In this document: piece by piece, positions 45,583-54,565 of the stretch
How the letters are laid out: every line of letters begins with the position of its first letter
How positions within the stretch are numbered: position 1 is the stretch's first letter
Assembly: GCA_018267615.1 (NCBI GenBank)
Contig: JAFDYD010000019.1
Coordinates: forward strand, 29,327-93,326
From: Bacteroidota bacterium
GTDB lineage: Bacteria; Bacteroidota; Bacteroidia; Chitinophagales; Chitinophagaceae
DNA: 64,000 nucleotides
Direction: 5' to 3'
Notes under the pieces: model-generated
Told to the model about the DNA's origin: nothing
Seen by the model: the letters and a program-made list of their open reading frames with translations, nothing else
Database searches by the model: none
Translations under genes and position numbers: made by a program

Positions 45583-47817
45583 TTATAAAGAGCTCAATGC
45601 ACTTTCAGTTTCTGAACCGGCAAGCAAGTGTTCTATGGCAGTATCATATTGTTCTTTCCATTTATTGATATTCCCCCAATTCATCCCGTCGATTTCAACA
45701 GAGCCATCGGTTACGATACCTAATTTTTCGTAGGGGTGATTTCCCAATATCTTTTTAAATTCATCGAGCTTCGCGGCTTTTACACTCACTACAACCCTGC
45801 TTTGCGATTCCCCAAACCAATACGCATCTTTACGAATATCACTCAGCGAGCTGGTTGCATTAAAACCCAGCTCATTTAAAAAAGATGATTCAAGCAACGT
45901 AATAAATAAACCTCCTTCACTTACGTCGTGTGCTGATTCAACAATGCCTTTTTGAATAAGCGTAGCAACTTTTTGTTGTAACTGAAATTCTTCTTCAATG
46001 TCAAAATGTGGAGCTGGGCTGTGTTCAACACCATGAACTTTATGCAGGTATTCTGAAGAACAAATATCATTATTGCTTTTACCAATCAAAAAAATCAAAT
46101 CCGCATCTTCCTTAAAATCCAAAGTCATTTTATCATTGACATTTTCCAGAAGGCCTACCATTCCGATTGTCGGCGTCGGGTATACAGCACCGTCAGGATG
46201 CTGATTATAAAAACTCACATTGCCGCCCGTGACAGGAGTATCAAATCTGCGACAAGCCTCGCCCATACCTTTAATGGCCTGAACAAACTGATAATACACT
46301 TCCGGATTATATGGATTGCCGAAATTCAGGCAATTGGTTACGCCTAACGGTTGTCCACCTGTACATACAATATTTCTTGCCGCTTCTGCTACTGCAATCA
46401 TGGCCCCTTTATATGGATCCGCAAATACATAACGGCTATTGCAATCCGTAGTCATAACAATCGCCTTGCGCGTTCCTTTCACCAGCACTGCGGCAGCATC
46501 TCCCGCTGCATTCGTAGACGCGTTTGCAGCGCCAACGGTGCTGTCGTATTGTCGACTGATCCATCTTTTAGAAGCAATTGAAGGAATTGAAACGATCTGC
46601 TCTCCAATTTTTTTCAGGTCGTCCGGAACCCCAATAGAATTCGGATCAAATTTTTTCACCTTCTCAAAATATTTTGGTTCCTGAAATTCACGATCGTATT
46701 GGGGTGCGCCTCCGCCGAGGACCAATTCATGCGCAGGAATCTCTGCTTCCAACTGTCCATGCATATAAAACCGAAGTAATCCATCCTCTGTCACTTCACC
46801 GATATCCGCACAGGGAAGATCCCATTTTTCAAATATTTCCAATACAGCTTTCTCATTTCCTTTTCTAACGACCATGAGCATGCGCTCCTGGCTTTCGCTC
46901 AATAATAGCTCCCAAGCTTTCATTCCAGGCTGCCTGGTTGGTACTTTGTCCAGATCGATGCGCATTCCCACTTCTCCTTTCGCACTCATTTCTGCAGTAG
47001 AACAAATAATGCCTGCCGCTCCCATATCCTGCATTCCTACCACTGCTCCAGTTTGAATAACTTCGAGACAAGCCTCCAATAATTTTTTTTCCTGGAAGGG
47101 ATCTCCTACCTGGACAGCTGGCAGTTCTTCAATACTTTCTTTGGTGATATTTGCGGATGCAAATGAAGCTCCGCCAATACCATCTTTGCCAGTTGCGCTG
47201 CCCACAAAAAATACCGGATTCCCATTCCCTGCCGCTGTTGCTGAAATCGTTTCACCTTTTTTTACAATACCCACACTCATCGCATTTACCAATGGATTGG
47301 TGTGATAACAATCTTCAAAATAAATTTCACCTCCTACAGTAGGCACGCCAAAGCAATTGCCGTAATGACCAATTCCATGTACAACTCCAGCGAGCAGGTG
47401 TTGCGTTTTTGATTCACGCAAATCACCGAAACGTAAGGAATTCAAAGACGCAATAGGTCTTGCACCCATGGTAAAAATATCGCGATGAATGCCACCCACA
47501 CCAGTAGCTGCGCCTTGAAAAGGCTCGATCGCTGAAGGATGATTATGAGATTCAATTTTGAATACCACACCCAAACCATCTCCAATATCCATTAACCCCG
47601 CATTTTCTTCACCTGCTTTTACAAGCATCTTTTTTCCCTCCCGAGGAAGCGTCTTGAGCCATTTAATTGAGTTTTTGTAACTGCAGTGCTCACTCCACAT
47701 CGCGCTGAAAGCGCACAACTCAGTGAAGTTGGGTAGTCGACCAAGTTTTTGTTTAATAAGTTCAAATTCTTCTGCTGTAAGCCGGAGTTGTTCGGCGGTT
47801 TTTACGGTTATATCCAT
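45583..47817 (-). CDS. purL: Phosphoribosylformylglycinamidine synthase subunit PurL (small type)
   Basis: MWSEHCSYK, KIESHNHPSAIEPFQGAATGVGG, QDMGAAG, ESQERM, HDVSEGG. Confidence 0.97.
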   Translation of the reverse strand: MDITVKTAEQLRLTAEEFELIKQKLGRLPNFTELCAFSAMWSEHCSYKNSIKWLKTLPREGKKMLVKAGEENAGLMDIGDGLGVVFKIESHNHPSAIEPFQGAATGVGGIHRDIFTMGARPIASLNSLRFGDLRESKTQHLLAGVVHGIGHYGNCFGVPTVGGEIYFEDCYHTNPLVNAMSVGIVKKGETISATAAGNGNPVFFVGSATGKDGIGGASFASANITKESIEELPAVQVGDPFQEKKLLEACLEVIQTGAVVGMQDMGAAGIICSTAEMSAKGEVGMRIDLDKVPTRQPGMKAWELLLSESQERMLMVVRKGNEKAVLEIFEKWDLPCADIGEVTEDGLLRFYMHGQLEAEIPAHELVLGGGAPQYDREFQEPKYFEKVKKFDPNSIGVPDDLKKIGEQIVSIPSIASKRWISRQYDSTVGAANASTNAAGDAAAVLVKGTRKAIVMTTDCNSRYVFADPYKGAMIAVAEAARNIVCTGGQPLGVTNCLNFGNPYNPEVYYQFVQAIKGMGEACRRFDTPVTGGNVSFYNQHPDGAVYPTPTIGMVGLLENVNDKMTLDFKEDADLIFLIGKSNNDICSSEYLHKVHGVEHSPAPHFDIEEEFQLQQKVATLIQKGIVESAHDVSEGGLFITLLESSFLNELGFNATSSLSDIRKDAYWFGESQSRVVVSVKAAKLDEFKKILGNHPYEKLGIVTDGSVEIDGMNWGNINKWKEQYDTAIEHLLAGSETESALSSL

Positions 47818-47834
47818 GGTAGCTCGGAAAACTG

Positions 47835-47842
47835 CAAAAGTA
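47835..47842 (-). promoter_or_regulatory. -7 element TACTTTTG upstream of purL
   Basis: TAnnTTTG match 18 nt upstream of the ATG. Confidence 0.6.
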
Positions 47843-47895
47843 CGAACGCAAGCCCAATCTTATGCATAATTTTATCACCAGCTAATTCATACATA

Positions 47896-48813
47896 ATGAA
47901 AATTGCATTTATCCATTCTCACAAATCATTCCTACCCGAGATTCAGGCATACCAAATTTTTTTTAGCAAGACGGGAATCAATATTGAAGTAATCGACTCA
48001 AAAAAAGATAAAGAAACAGACGCTGATGTAGAATGGTATTTTATGGGAACAAGCAATAAGAGAAAAAGAAAAAATTCCATTATTATCCACGAATATGCTT
48101 CGGCATCGACACCGCCATTTCAGAAAGGGAAAAATTTTATAAAACGATTTTATAATACACAACCAGACTATCGATTGTTTTTGAATGAATACGTGCAACA
48201 GTCTTTAGACTTTAAAGATGATGTCCCATATGGGATAAGAGATATGGGAATAGATGAGGTTTTTTTAAATAATCCAACAAATAAAACAAAAGACTACGAT
48301 TTCATTTACGTTGGCAATGTTGCTCCGGAACGGGAAATTGAAAAATTGCTTACGTGTTTTACAAGAAAAGATTTAGAAAAGCGCACAATACTAATATTAA
48401 GCAACGACTACGAGAAGCTGGCAAATAGATTCGTTGCTTTTTCCAATATTTATTTTAAAGGACCCGTCGCGCACGACCAGGTGCCCGGGTTTTTATCAAA
48501 AGCATTTTTTTGCATCAATTATATTCCCGACAAAGAGCCGTTCAATCAACAAACGCCCGTCAAATTTCTTGAGTATCTCGCTTTGGGATTACCAGTTATC
48601 AGCTCCCGGTATTCATGGATAGAAAATTTTCAGAAGTGCTATGGCGGTAATTATTTTTTCCTGGAAAAAGATCTTTCCAATTTTACCTGGGCGAAAGTGA
48701 ACGAGTTTGCTTATTCATGTCCTGATTTGCAAAACTGGACATGGGAAAAACAGATCAGAAGATCCGGAGTTTTAGAATTTCTACAATCCAAATTCGAGGA
48801 ATTACATTTTTAA
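47896..48813 (+). CDS. GT-B glycosyltransferase (family 4-like, short N-terminal domain)
   Basis: FIYVGNV..ER.IE.LL, KFLEYLALGLPVIS; start set at MKIAF (47896) because the longer ORF overlaps purL. Confidence 0.82.
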   Translation: MKIAFIHSHKSFLPEIQAYQIFFSKTGINIEVIDSKKDKETDADVEWYFMGTSNKRKRKNSIIIHEYASASTPPFQKGKNFIKRFYNTQPDYRLFLNEYVQQSLDFKDDVPYGIRDMGIDEVFLNNPTNKTKDYDFIYVGNVAPEREIEKLLTCFTRKDLEKRTILILSNDYEKLANRFVAFSNIYFKGPVAHDQVPGFLSKAFFCINYIPDKEPFNQQTPVKFLEYLALGLPVISSRYSWIENFQKCYGGNYFFLEKDLSNFTWAKVNEFAYSCPDLQNWTWEKQIRRSGVLEFLQSKFEELHF

Positions 48814-49943
48814 ATTTTTCTAAGCGTTCGCTGATATTCTTCAATTACTTTGGAAATATTAAACTTCTCAATCACAAGAGCTCGTCCGTTTTTACCCATT
48901 TTCACGCGCTCATCTTCGGACTGATTTATAATTTTCTCCATTTTATCCGCAAGATCAAATGCATCGTTTGGATTGCATAAATAACCGTTAGAGCCATTTA
49001 TTACCACTTCCTTACAGCCACGGTTAACCGAAGTTATAATTGGCAATTCCATGCTGGCAGCTTCCATCAAAGAGCGAGGCACTCCTTCATTGTAAAAAGA
49101 TGGAAAAACAAAACAATTTGCCTGTTCTAAAAAAACACGAACGTCCTTTGCAAAGCCCCGGTAAGTGATCAATCCTTCATGCTCCCATTTCTTTAGGTCT
49201 TCTTCCGATATCGAATCGGGATGATTTTTTTCAAAAAATCCAATCAATTCAAAATGCAGGTTGTAATTTCTTCTCTTAAGAATTCTTGCTGCATCCGCAT
49301 ATACGGCAATACCTTTGCTGCGCAGCAAACGTGAACTCATGAGAAAAGTGAACCCGTTATGATTAACAGGTTTAGTTGCAGCTAAAAAATGATCCGTATT
49401 GATTCCCTCACCGGGAAGAACTTTTGTTTTTTCAATACTTGTCATTTTCTCGCGTACAAAAATACCAGCATCTTCATTATTTAAAAACCAAACTTCCTCT
49501 GTGTGCTTAAGCGCTTTCTTATATAAAAAATGTACGATGGCGTAAAGCCAATTGTGTTTAGCAAATGAATACCCTAGTCCAGTTACTACCGCTACAGATT
49601 TTATAGAAAGGGACGCAGCCGCTAAAGACCCGTATATATTTGGTTTGATTACATAATGAAAAATCAGATCAGGGCGATTTGATTTGTAGATCTTTTTAAG
49701 TTGCCGATACAAATTAAAATCCTTCAAAGGATTTTCTGAACGATTATTAAAATCTACGCTGATGAACCTGCAACCTTCGCGACGCAGCAATTCGGAATAT
49801 TCATCATCAGGGGCAATCACGAGCACGTCATACTCCTTCATCAGGAAACGAACGATATCAAGGCGAAAATTGTATACGGACCATGCACTATTTGATACTA
49901 AAGCAATCAGTTTTTTATCAATGGTCTTTTCTTCCTTCATCAA
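48810..49943 (-). CDS. Glycosyltransferase family 4 (PglA-like)
   Basis: SAWSVYNFR, IKPNIYG, TGLGYSF, PGEGIN, SRLLRSKG, EGVPRSLMEAAS. Confidence 0.92.
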   Translation of the reverse strand: MMKEEKTIDKKLIALVSNSAWSVYNFRLDIVRFLMKEYDVLVIAPDDEYSELLRREGCRFISVDFNNRSENPLKDFNLYRQLKKIYKSNRPDLIFHYVIKPNIYGSLAAASLSIKSVAVVTGLGYSFAKHNWLYAIVHFLYKKALKHTEEVWFLNNEDAGIFVREKMTSIEKTKVLPGEGINTDHFLAATKPVNHNGFTFLMSSRLLRSKGIAVYADAARILKRRNYNLHFELIGFFEKNHPDSISEEDLKKWEHEGLITYRGFAKDVRVFLEQANCFVFPSFYNEGVPRSLMEAASMELPIITSVNRGCKEVVINGSNGYLCNPNDAFDLADKMEKIINQSEDERVKMGKNGRALVIEKFNISKVIEEYQRTLRKI

Positions 49944-50004
49944 CGTATATTAGATTCAAATTTATAGATTTGATGTATTAAATTCCTGTTTTGAAAATCA
50001 TTTT

Positions 50005-51255
50005 ATGTTTTCAATGGTTTTGTTTGTCTTTTATTTCGTCATTTTATTACTCGCAATATATAAAATCACTCAAAAAAGGATTTATAATTTCAGTTTTGGT
50101 GAAGTAAGTTCAATTTTCTCTTTCAAAATTTTGTTGGGATGCCTATATGGTTACATCTTTTTAAAATATTATCACGGTGACGATACCTGGAATTTTTTTA
50201 ATGATTCCTTATCTGAGTATAATAAACTTGTAAATCATCCACGCGTCTTTGTAGCAGACTTTCTCCCAGGTCCTGCTTTCAAAAACGTACAAAATTTCGG
50301 AGAGGGCCTTGGATTTTACATCAGCAATCTCGAATACTGGATAATGATCAAGTTGCTGGCAATTTTTAATATTTTTTCGAGGGGAAATTATTATATAGAT
50401 GTATTGTTTTTCAATTTTGCCACATGCTGGGGGCCGTTTCTGTTATTCAAATTATTGCTCCCAATTTTTCCCGATAAAAAAAATGTGCTTATTATCTCTA
50501 TTTTTTTTATTCCGTCAATTGGTTTTTGGTTAAGCGGCATCAGGGGTGATAGCCTCATTTTCTTATTTATGATGTTCATCATCTATTATTCCTCGAAATT
50601 CAACGAACAAAAAAAAAATATTTACATACTCTGGATATTGGCTGGCTCGATTGGAATACTAATATTCCGCACGCCATATTTATTTATCCTGCTGCCGGCC
50701 TATTTCTGCTGGATCATTTCGAAAAACAAAAAACGCGGAGCCATTTATTATTTCGCATTAATTTATTCTGTGTACTTACTGATTTTTATAGGAAGTATTA
50801 TAATCTCGCCGGGCAAAAATTTTTTGACACCATTGGTCAAACAACAAGCATCGTTTTTTTTACTCCACGGAAATACCAGGTTCGGGCTCGACACATTGAA
50901 ACCAACTGTTACAAGTTTCGTACAGGTTTTGCCGCAAGCCTTTGCAAATACTTTTGTGAGACCATTTTTTGGAGAAGCAAAAGGTTCACTGCAATGGATA
51001 GCCGCAATTGAAGTTGTGGCCATTTGGATATTGGTCGGATTGCTGGTTATAAGGCCGGAAAAAAAATCAATGAAGATTTTTGATGAACCTCTTTTATTAA
51101 TGCTACTCTTTTATAGTGTTAGCCAGATACTTATTATAGGATATATAGTTCCATTTCCAGGCGCCATCGTAAGATATAAGACCATTCCTGAATTATTCCT
51201 CCTGATTCTAATTTTCACATCAATCGATCTGAAAATAAATTACAAAAAAAAATAA
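50005..51255 (+). CDS. Polytopic membrane protein (Wzy- or GT-C-like)
   Basis: About 10-11 hydrophobic segments, HGDD loop motif, GAIVRYK near the C-terminus, next to two GTs. Confidence 0.7.
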   Translation: MFSMVLFVFYFVILLLAIYKITQKRIYNFSFGEVSSIFSFKILLGCLYGYIFLKYYHGDDTWNFFNDSLSEYNKLVNHPRVFVADFLPGPAFKNVQNFGEGLGFYISNLEYWIMIKLLAIFNIFSRGNYYIDVLFFNFATCWGPFLLFKLLLPIFPDKKNVLIISIFFIPSIGFWLSGIRGDSLIFLFMMFIIYYSSKFNEQKKNIYILWILAGSIGILIFRTPYLFILLPAYFCWIISKNKKRGAIYYFALIYSVYLLIFIGSIIISPGKNFLTPLVKQQASFFLLHGNTRFGLDTLKPTVTSFVQVLPQAFANTFVRPFFGEAKGSLQWIAAIEVVAIWILVGLLVIRPEKKSMKIFDEPLLLMLLFYSVSQILIIGYIVPFPGAIVRYKTIPELFLLILIFTSIDLKINYKKK

Positions 51256-51412
51256 TATAATATTTTTTTTACATAAAATCAATTATTAAATAATAAATTC
51301 AAAAATTTATTCAAAAAAACGTCCTTAATCATAAAAAAATTTGATTTTAGCTGATTTCTTTGGGCATTATGTTCAATTATCTTTTATTTGCATAATAAAA
51401 AAATTTAAAGCA

Positions 51413-53608
51413 ATGGAATCCCTAAGATTTAAAGCAATCAATGATCTTACTACTTCTACAAATGGGCAAGGCTTTGAAGGAGCAGGAAGAATTACTGCAA
51501 TTTTTGGAGAAAATGTTTTCACTTTAAAAACAGCCAGAGCATTTTTGAGCGATGAAGCCTATAAAAGCCTCAACGCTTCTGTAAAGAGCGGCAAAAAAAT
51601 TGACAGGACAGTAGCAAACCAAATTTCTGCAGGTTTGAGGCAATGGGCAGAAAGCAAAGGGGTAACACATTTTACGCACTGGTTTCAACCATTGACTGGC
51701 ACCACGGCAGAAAAACATGACTCATTTTTTACTATCAAAAGTGATGGCACTCCGATCGAGCAATTCGATGGAGATGCCTTGATACAACAGGAACCAGATG
51801 CATCTTCTTTCCCAAGCGGAGGCATTCGCGCTACATTTGAAGCAAGAGGTTACACTGCATGGGATCCTTCTTCCCCCATCTTTATAATGGATATCGGTAC
51901 TGGAAAGACGCTTTGTATCCCAACAATATTTGTTTCGTACACTGGTGAAACACTCGATTACAAAGCTCCATTATTAAAATCTCTCGAGGGTTTGAATAAA
52001 GCAGCGGTTGAAGTGTGCAGCTATTTCGATAAAAACGTTACTAAAGTGTATGCTACACTCGGATGGGAACAGGAATATTTTGTGGTTGATGAGGCGCTGG
52101 TGAATTCACGCCCGGATCTGGTGATGACTGGCAGAACTGTTTTCGGACACGCACCGGCAAAAGGTCAACAGCTCGAAGATCATTATTTCGGTTCTATCCC
52201 TGAAAGAGTATATGCTTTCATGAGAGATTATGAACAAGAAGCTTATAAATTAGGTATTCCATTAAGAACTCGCCACAACGAAGTTGCGCCTTCACAATTT
52301 GAAGCTGCTCCTATTTTTGAAGAAGTAAGCGTGGCGGTTGATCACAACTTATTATGCATGGATATCATGGATCGCGTTGCTCGCAGACACAAACTCAGAG
52401 CGTTGCTTCATGAAAAACCATTTGCCGGCATCAACGGTAATGGTAAACACAACAATTGGAGTATGGCAACTGATACCGGTGTAAATCTTCTTGCTCCCGG
52501 AAAAACTCCAAAAACCAATTTGATGTTCCTCACCTTTTTTGTGAACACCATCAAAGCGGTATATGACTACTCTGATATCCTGAGAGCATCAATCGCATCT
52601 GCGGGTAATGATCACCGTTTGGGTGCCAACGAAGCTCCTCCTGCAATCATATCAGTTTTCATCGGACAATATCTTACCAAGGTACTTGAAGATATCAAAC
52701 AGAGAGTTGGTGCAAAATTCGATGAACAGGATGAAGCGATACTTAAACTTGATCTGCATCGCAGCATTCCTGAACTGATGCTTGACAACACAGACCGTAA
52801 CCGTACTTCACCATTTGCATTTACAGGAAACAAATTTGAATTCAGAGCCGTTGGTTCTGCGGCAAACTGCGCAAACGCAATGACCGCGCTCAATACCATT
52901 ATTGCCGAAACGCTTAAAAAATTCAAGAAAGAAGTAGATGCGTTAGTTGACAAAGGCGAGAAAAAAGAAATCGCGATCATGCATGTGATCCGTGAATATA
53001 TCGTTAGCAGTGAAAAAGTTTTATTCGAAGGTGATGGCTATAGCGACGAATGGCAGAAAGAAGCCGAAAAAAGAGGATTGCCAAATGTAAAAACCACTCC
53101 GCTTGCTCTTGATGCGTTGGTAACAGACAAAGCAAAAAAATTGTTTGAAGAAAACAATGTCCTCAACCATGTCGAGCTGGAAGCGCGCCACGAAATTGAA
53201 CTGGAAAAATATATTAAGAAAGTGCAGATCGAAGCTCGTATTATGGGTGAGCTTTGCACAAGTCATATTCTTCCTTCTGCTGTTAAATATCAGAACAAGC
53301 TTATTGAAAATATCAAAGGCTTGAAAGAAATAGGTGTTAAGGAAAGTGGATATGCCAGTCAGAAGAAAATAGTTGAAAAAATTTCTGAGCATATTTCACA
53401 GATCAGCGAAATGGTAAGCAAAATGATCGAAGCAAGAAAAATCTGCAATGCCATGGATGATACCAGAACAAAAGCCATTGCTTATTGCAGCCAGGTAAAA
53501 GAACCATTCTTTGATGGCATTCGCTACCACGTTGATAAACTCGAGCTGCTTGTTGATGACAGCGAGTGGTTGTTACCAAAGTATAGAGAAATATTATTTC
53601 TGAGATAA
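51413..53608 (+). CDS. glnA: Glutamine synthetase type III
   Basis: HFTHWFQPLTG, QQEPDASSFPSGG, RHNEVAP, HRLGANEAPP, DRNRTSPFAFTGNKFEFR; start set at MESLRF. Confidence 0.96.
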   Translation: MESLRFKAINDLTTSTNGQGFEGAGRITAIFGENVFTLKTARAFLSDEAYKSLNASVKSGKKIDRTVANQISAGLRQWAESKGVTHFTHWFQPLTGTTAEKHDSFFTIKSDGTPIEQFDGDALIQQEPDASSFPSGGIRATFEARGYTAWDPSSPIFIMDIGTGKTLCIPTIFVSYTGETLDYKAPLLKSLEGLNKAAVEVCSYFDKNVTKVYATLGWEQEYFVVDEALVNSRPDLVMTGRTVFGHAPAKGQQLEDHYFGSIPERVYAFMRDYEQEAYKLGIPLRTRHNEVAPSQFEAAPIFEEVSVAVDHNLLCMDIMDRVARRHKLRALLHEKPFAGINGNGKHNNWSMATDTGVNLLAPGKTPKTNLMFLTFFVNTIKAVYDYSDILRASIASAGNDHRLGANEAPPAIISVFIGQYLTKVLEDIKQRVGAKFDEQDEAILKLDLHRSIPELMLDNTDRNRTSPFAFTGNKFEFRAVGSAANCANAMTALNTIIAETLKKFKKEVDALVDKGEKKEIAIMHVIREYIVSSEKVLFEGDGYSDEWQKEAEKRGLPNVKTTPLALDALVTDKAKKLFEENNVLNHVELEARHEIELEKYIKKVQIEARIMGELCTSHILPSAVKYQNKLIENIKGLKEIGVKESGYASQKKIVEKISEHISQISEMVSKMIEARKICNAMDDTRTKAIAYCSQVKEPFFDGIRYHVDKLELLVDDSEWLLPKYREILFLR

Positions 53609-53634
53609 CCCCCTAACCAACATACAGTTTACAG

Positions 53635-53663
53635 AAAAAGCCCGTCGCGAGACGGGCTTTTTT
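53635..53663. terminator. Bidirectional intrinsic terminator between glnA and cmk
   Basis: aaaaagcccgtc-gcga-gacgggcttttt. Confidence 0.9.
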
Positions 53664-53690
53664 GTTTATTGTCGCCTGTTGGTAAGCAAT

Positions 53691-53747
53691 AAGGTGTAAG
53701 GTATAAGGTATGTCATACCTTATACCTTATACCTTACACCTTACACC
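53691..53747. repeat. Heptamer-unit hairpin (taaggta/tacctta family)
   Basis: aaggtgtaaggtataaggtatg then cataccttataccttataccttacaccttacacc. Confidence 0.85.
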
Positions 53748-53752
53748 CAATT

Positions 53753-54436
53753 CTACATTCTCTCCTTCACCCATTTCAAAGCAAGATTCAATTGTTCCTC
53801 AAGGCTGAGACTGGTATTATCGAGAACGACTGCATCACTTGCTTTTCTGAGTGGACTTACTTCACGGTGAGAATCGATATAGTCACGCATTTCGAGATTA
53901 TTCTTTACTTCATCGATCGTTATGTTCGGATTCTTTTCAAACAATTCCTTGAATCTTCGTTCAACCCGAATGGCATTGTCGGCGGTCATAAAAATTTTCA
54001 ATTCCGCTTTGGGAAATACAACTGTTCCGATATCTCTTCCATCCATAACAATTCCTTTTTGCTTTCCCATTTGCTGTTGCTGCCTGACAGCAAATTCCCT
54101 GACGGATTTGATGGCAGCAACATCACTCACTTTTTCAGCGATCACAAGATCGCGGATAAGATATTCCACATTCTCGCTGTTCATATATACTTCACTCTCC
54201 TTACTCTTTGGATTGTACACAAATTCTATGACGATACTTTTTAGCGCCTTCTCAACACTCGCCGGTTTCGTCCAGTCAATATGATTCCGCAAAAAATACA
54301 ATGTGATGGCACGATACATCGCACCGCTGTCAATATATTTATAGTTCAACTCTTTTGCCAATTGTTTAGCCAACGTACTTTTTCCGCAGGCGGACCAACC
54401 ATCTATTGTGATAATTATTTTCTTTTCCTTTGCCAT
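53753..54436 (-). CDS. cmk: Cytidylate kinase
   Basis: ITIDGWSACGKST, DSGAMYRA, VMDGRDIGTVVFP, RDYIDSHR..SPL. Confidence 0.96.
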   Translation of the reverse strand: MAKEKKIIITIDGWSACGKSTLAKQLAKELNYKYIDSGAMYRAITLYFLRNHIDWTKPASVEKALKSIVIEFVYNPKSKESEVYMNSENVEYLIRDLVIAEKVSDVAAIKSVREFAVRQQQQMGKQKGIVMDGRDIGTVVFPKAELKIFMTADNAIRVERRFKELFEKNPNITIDEVKNNLEMRDYIDSHREVSPLRKASDAVVLDNTSLSLEEQLNLALKWVKERM

Positions 54437-54470
54437 AATTTTCGCTCACAAAAATGCAAAATAAATTGAT

Positions 54471-54551
54471 AAGGTACAAGGTTCAAGGCCCAAGGCTCAA
54501 GAAAAAAGGCACAGGAGTTATTAACTCTTGTGCCTTTATTTCTTGTACCTT
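54471..54551. repeat. Heptamer (caaggt-type) array enclosing the clpC terminator hairpin
   Basis: aaggtacaaggttcaaggcccaaggctcaag ... cttgtacctt; inner stem aaaggcacaggagtt/aactcttgtgccttt (54505-54537). Confidence 0.7.
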
Positions 54552-54565
54552 CTAACTTTACTATA

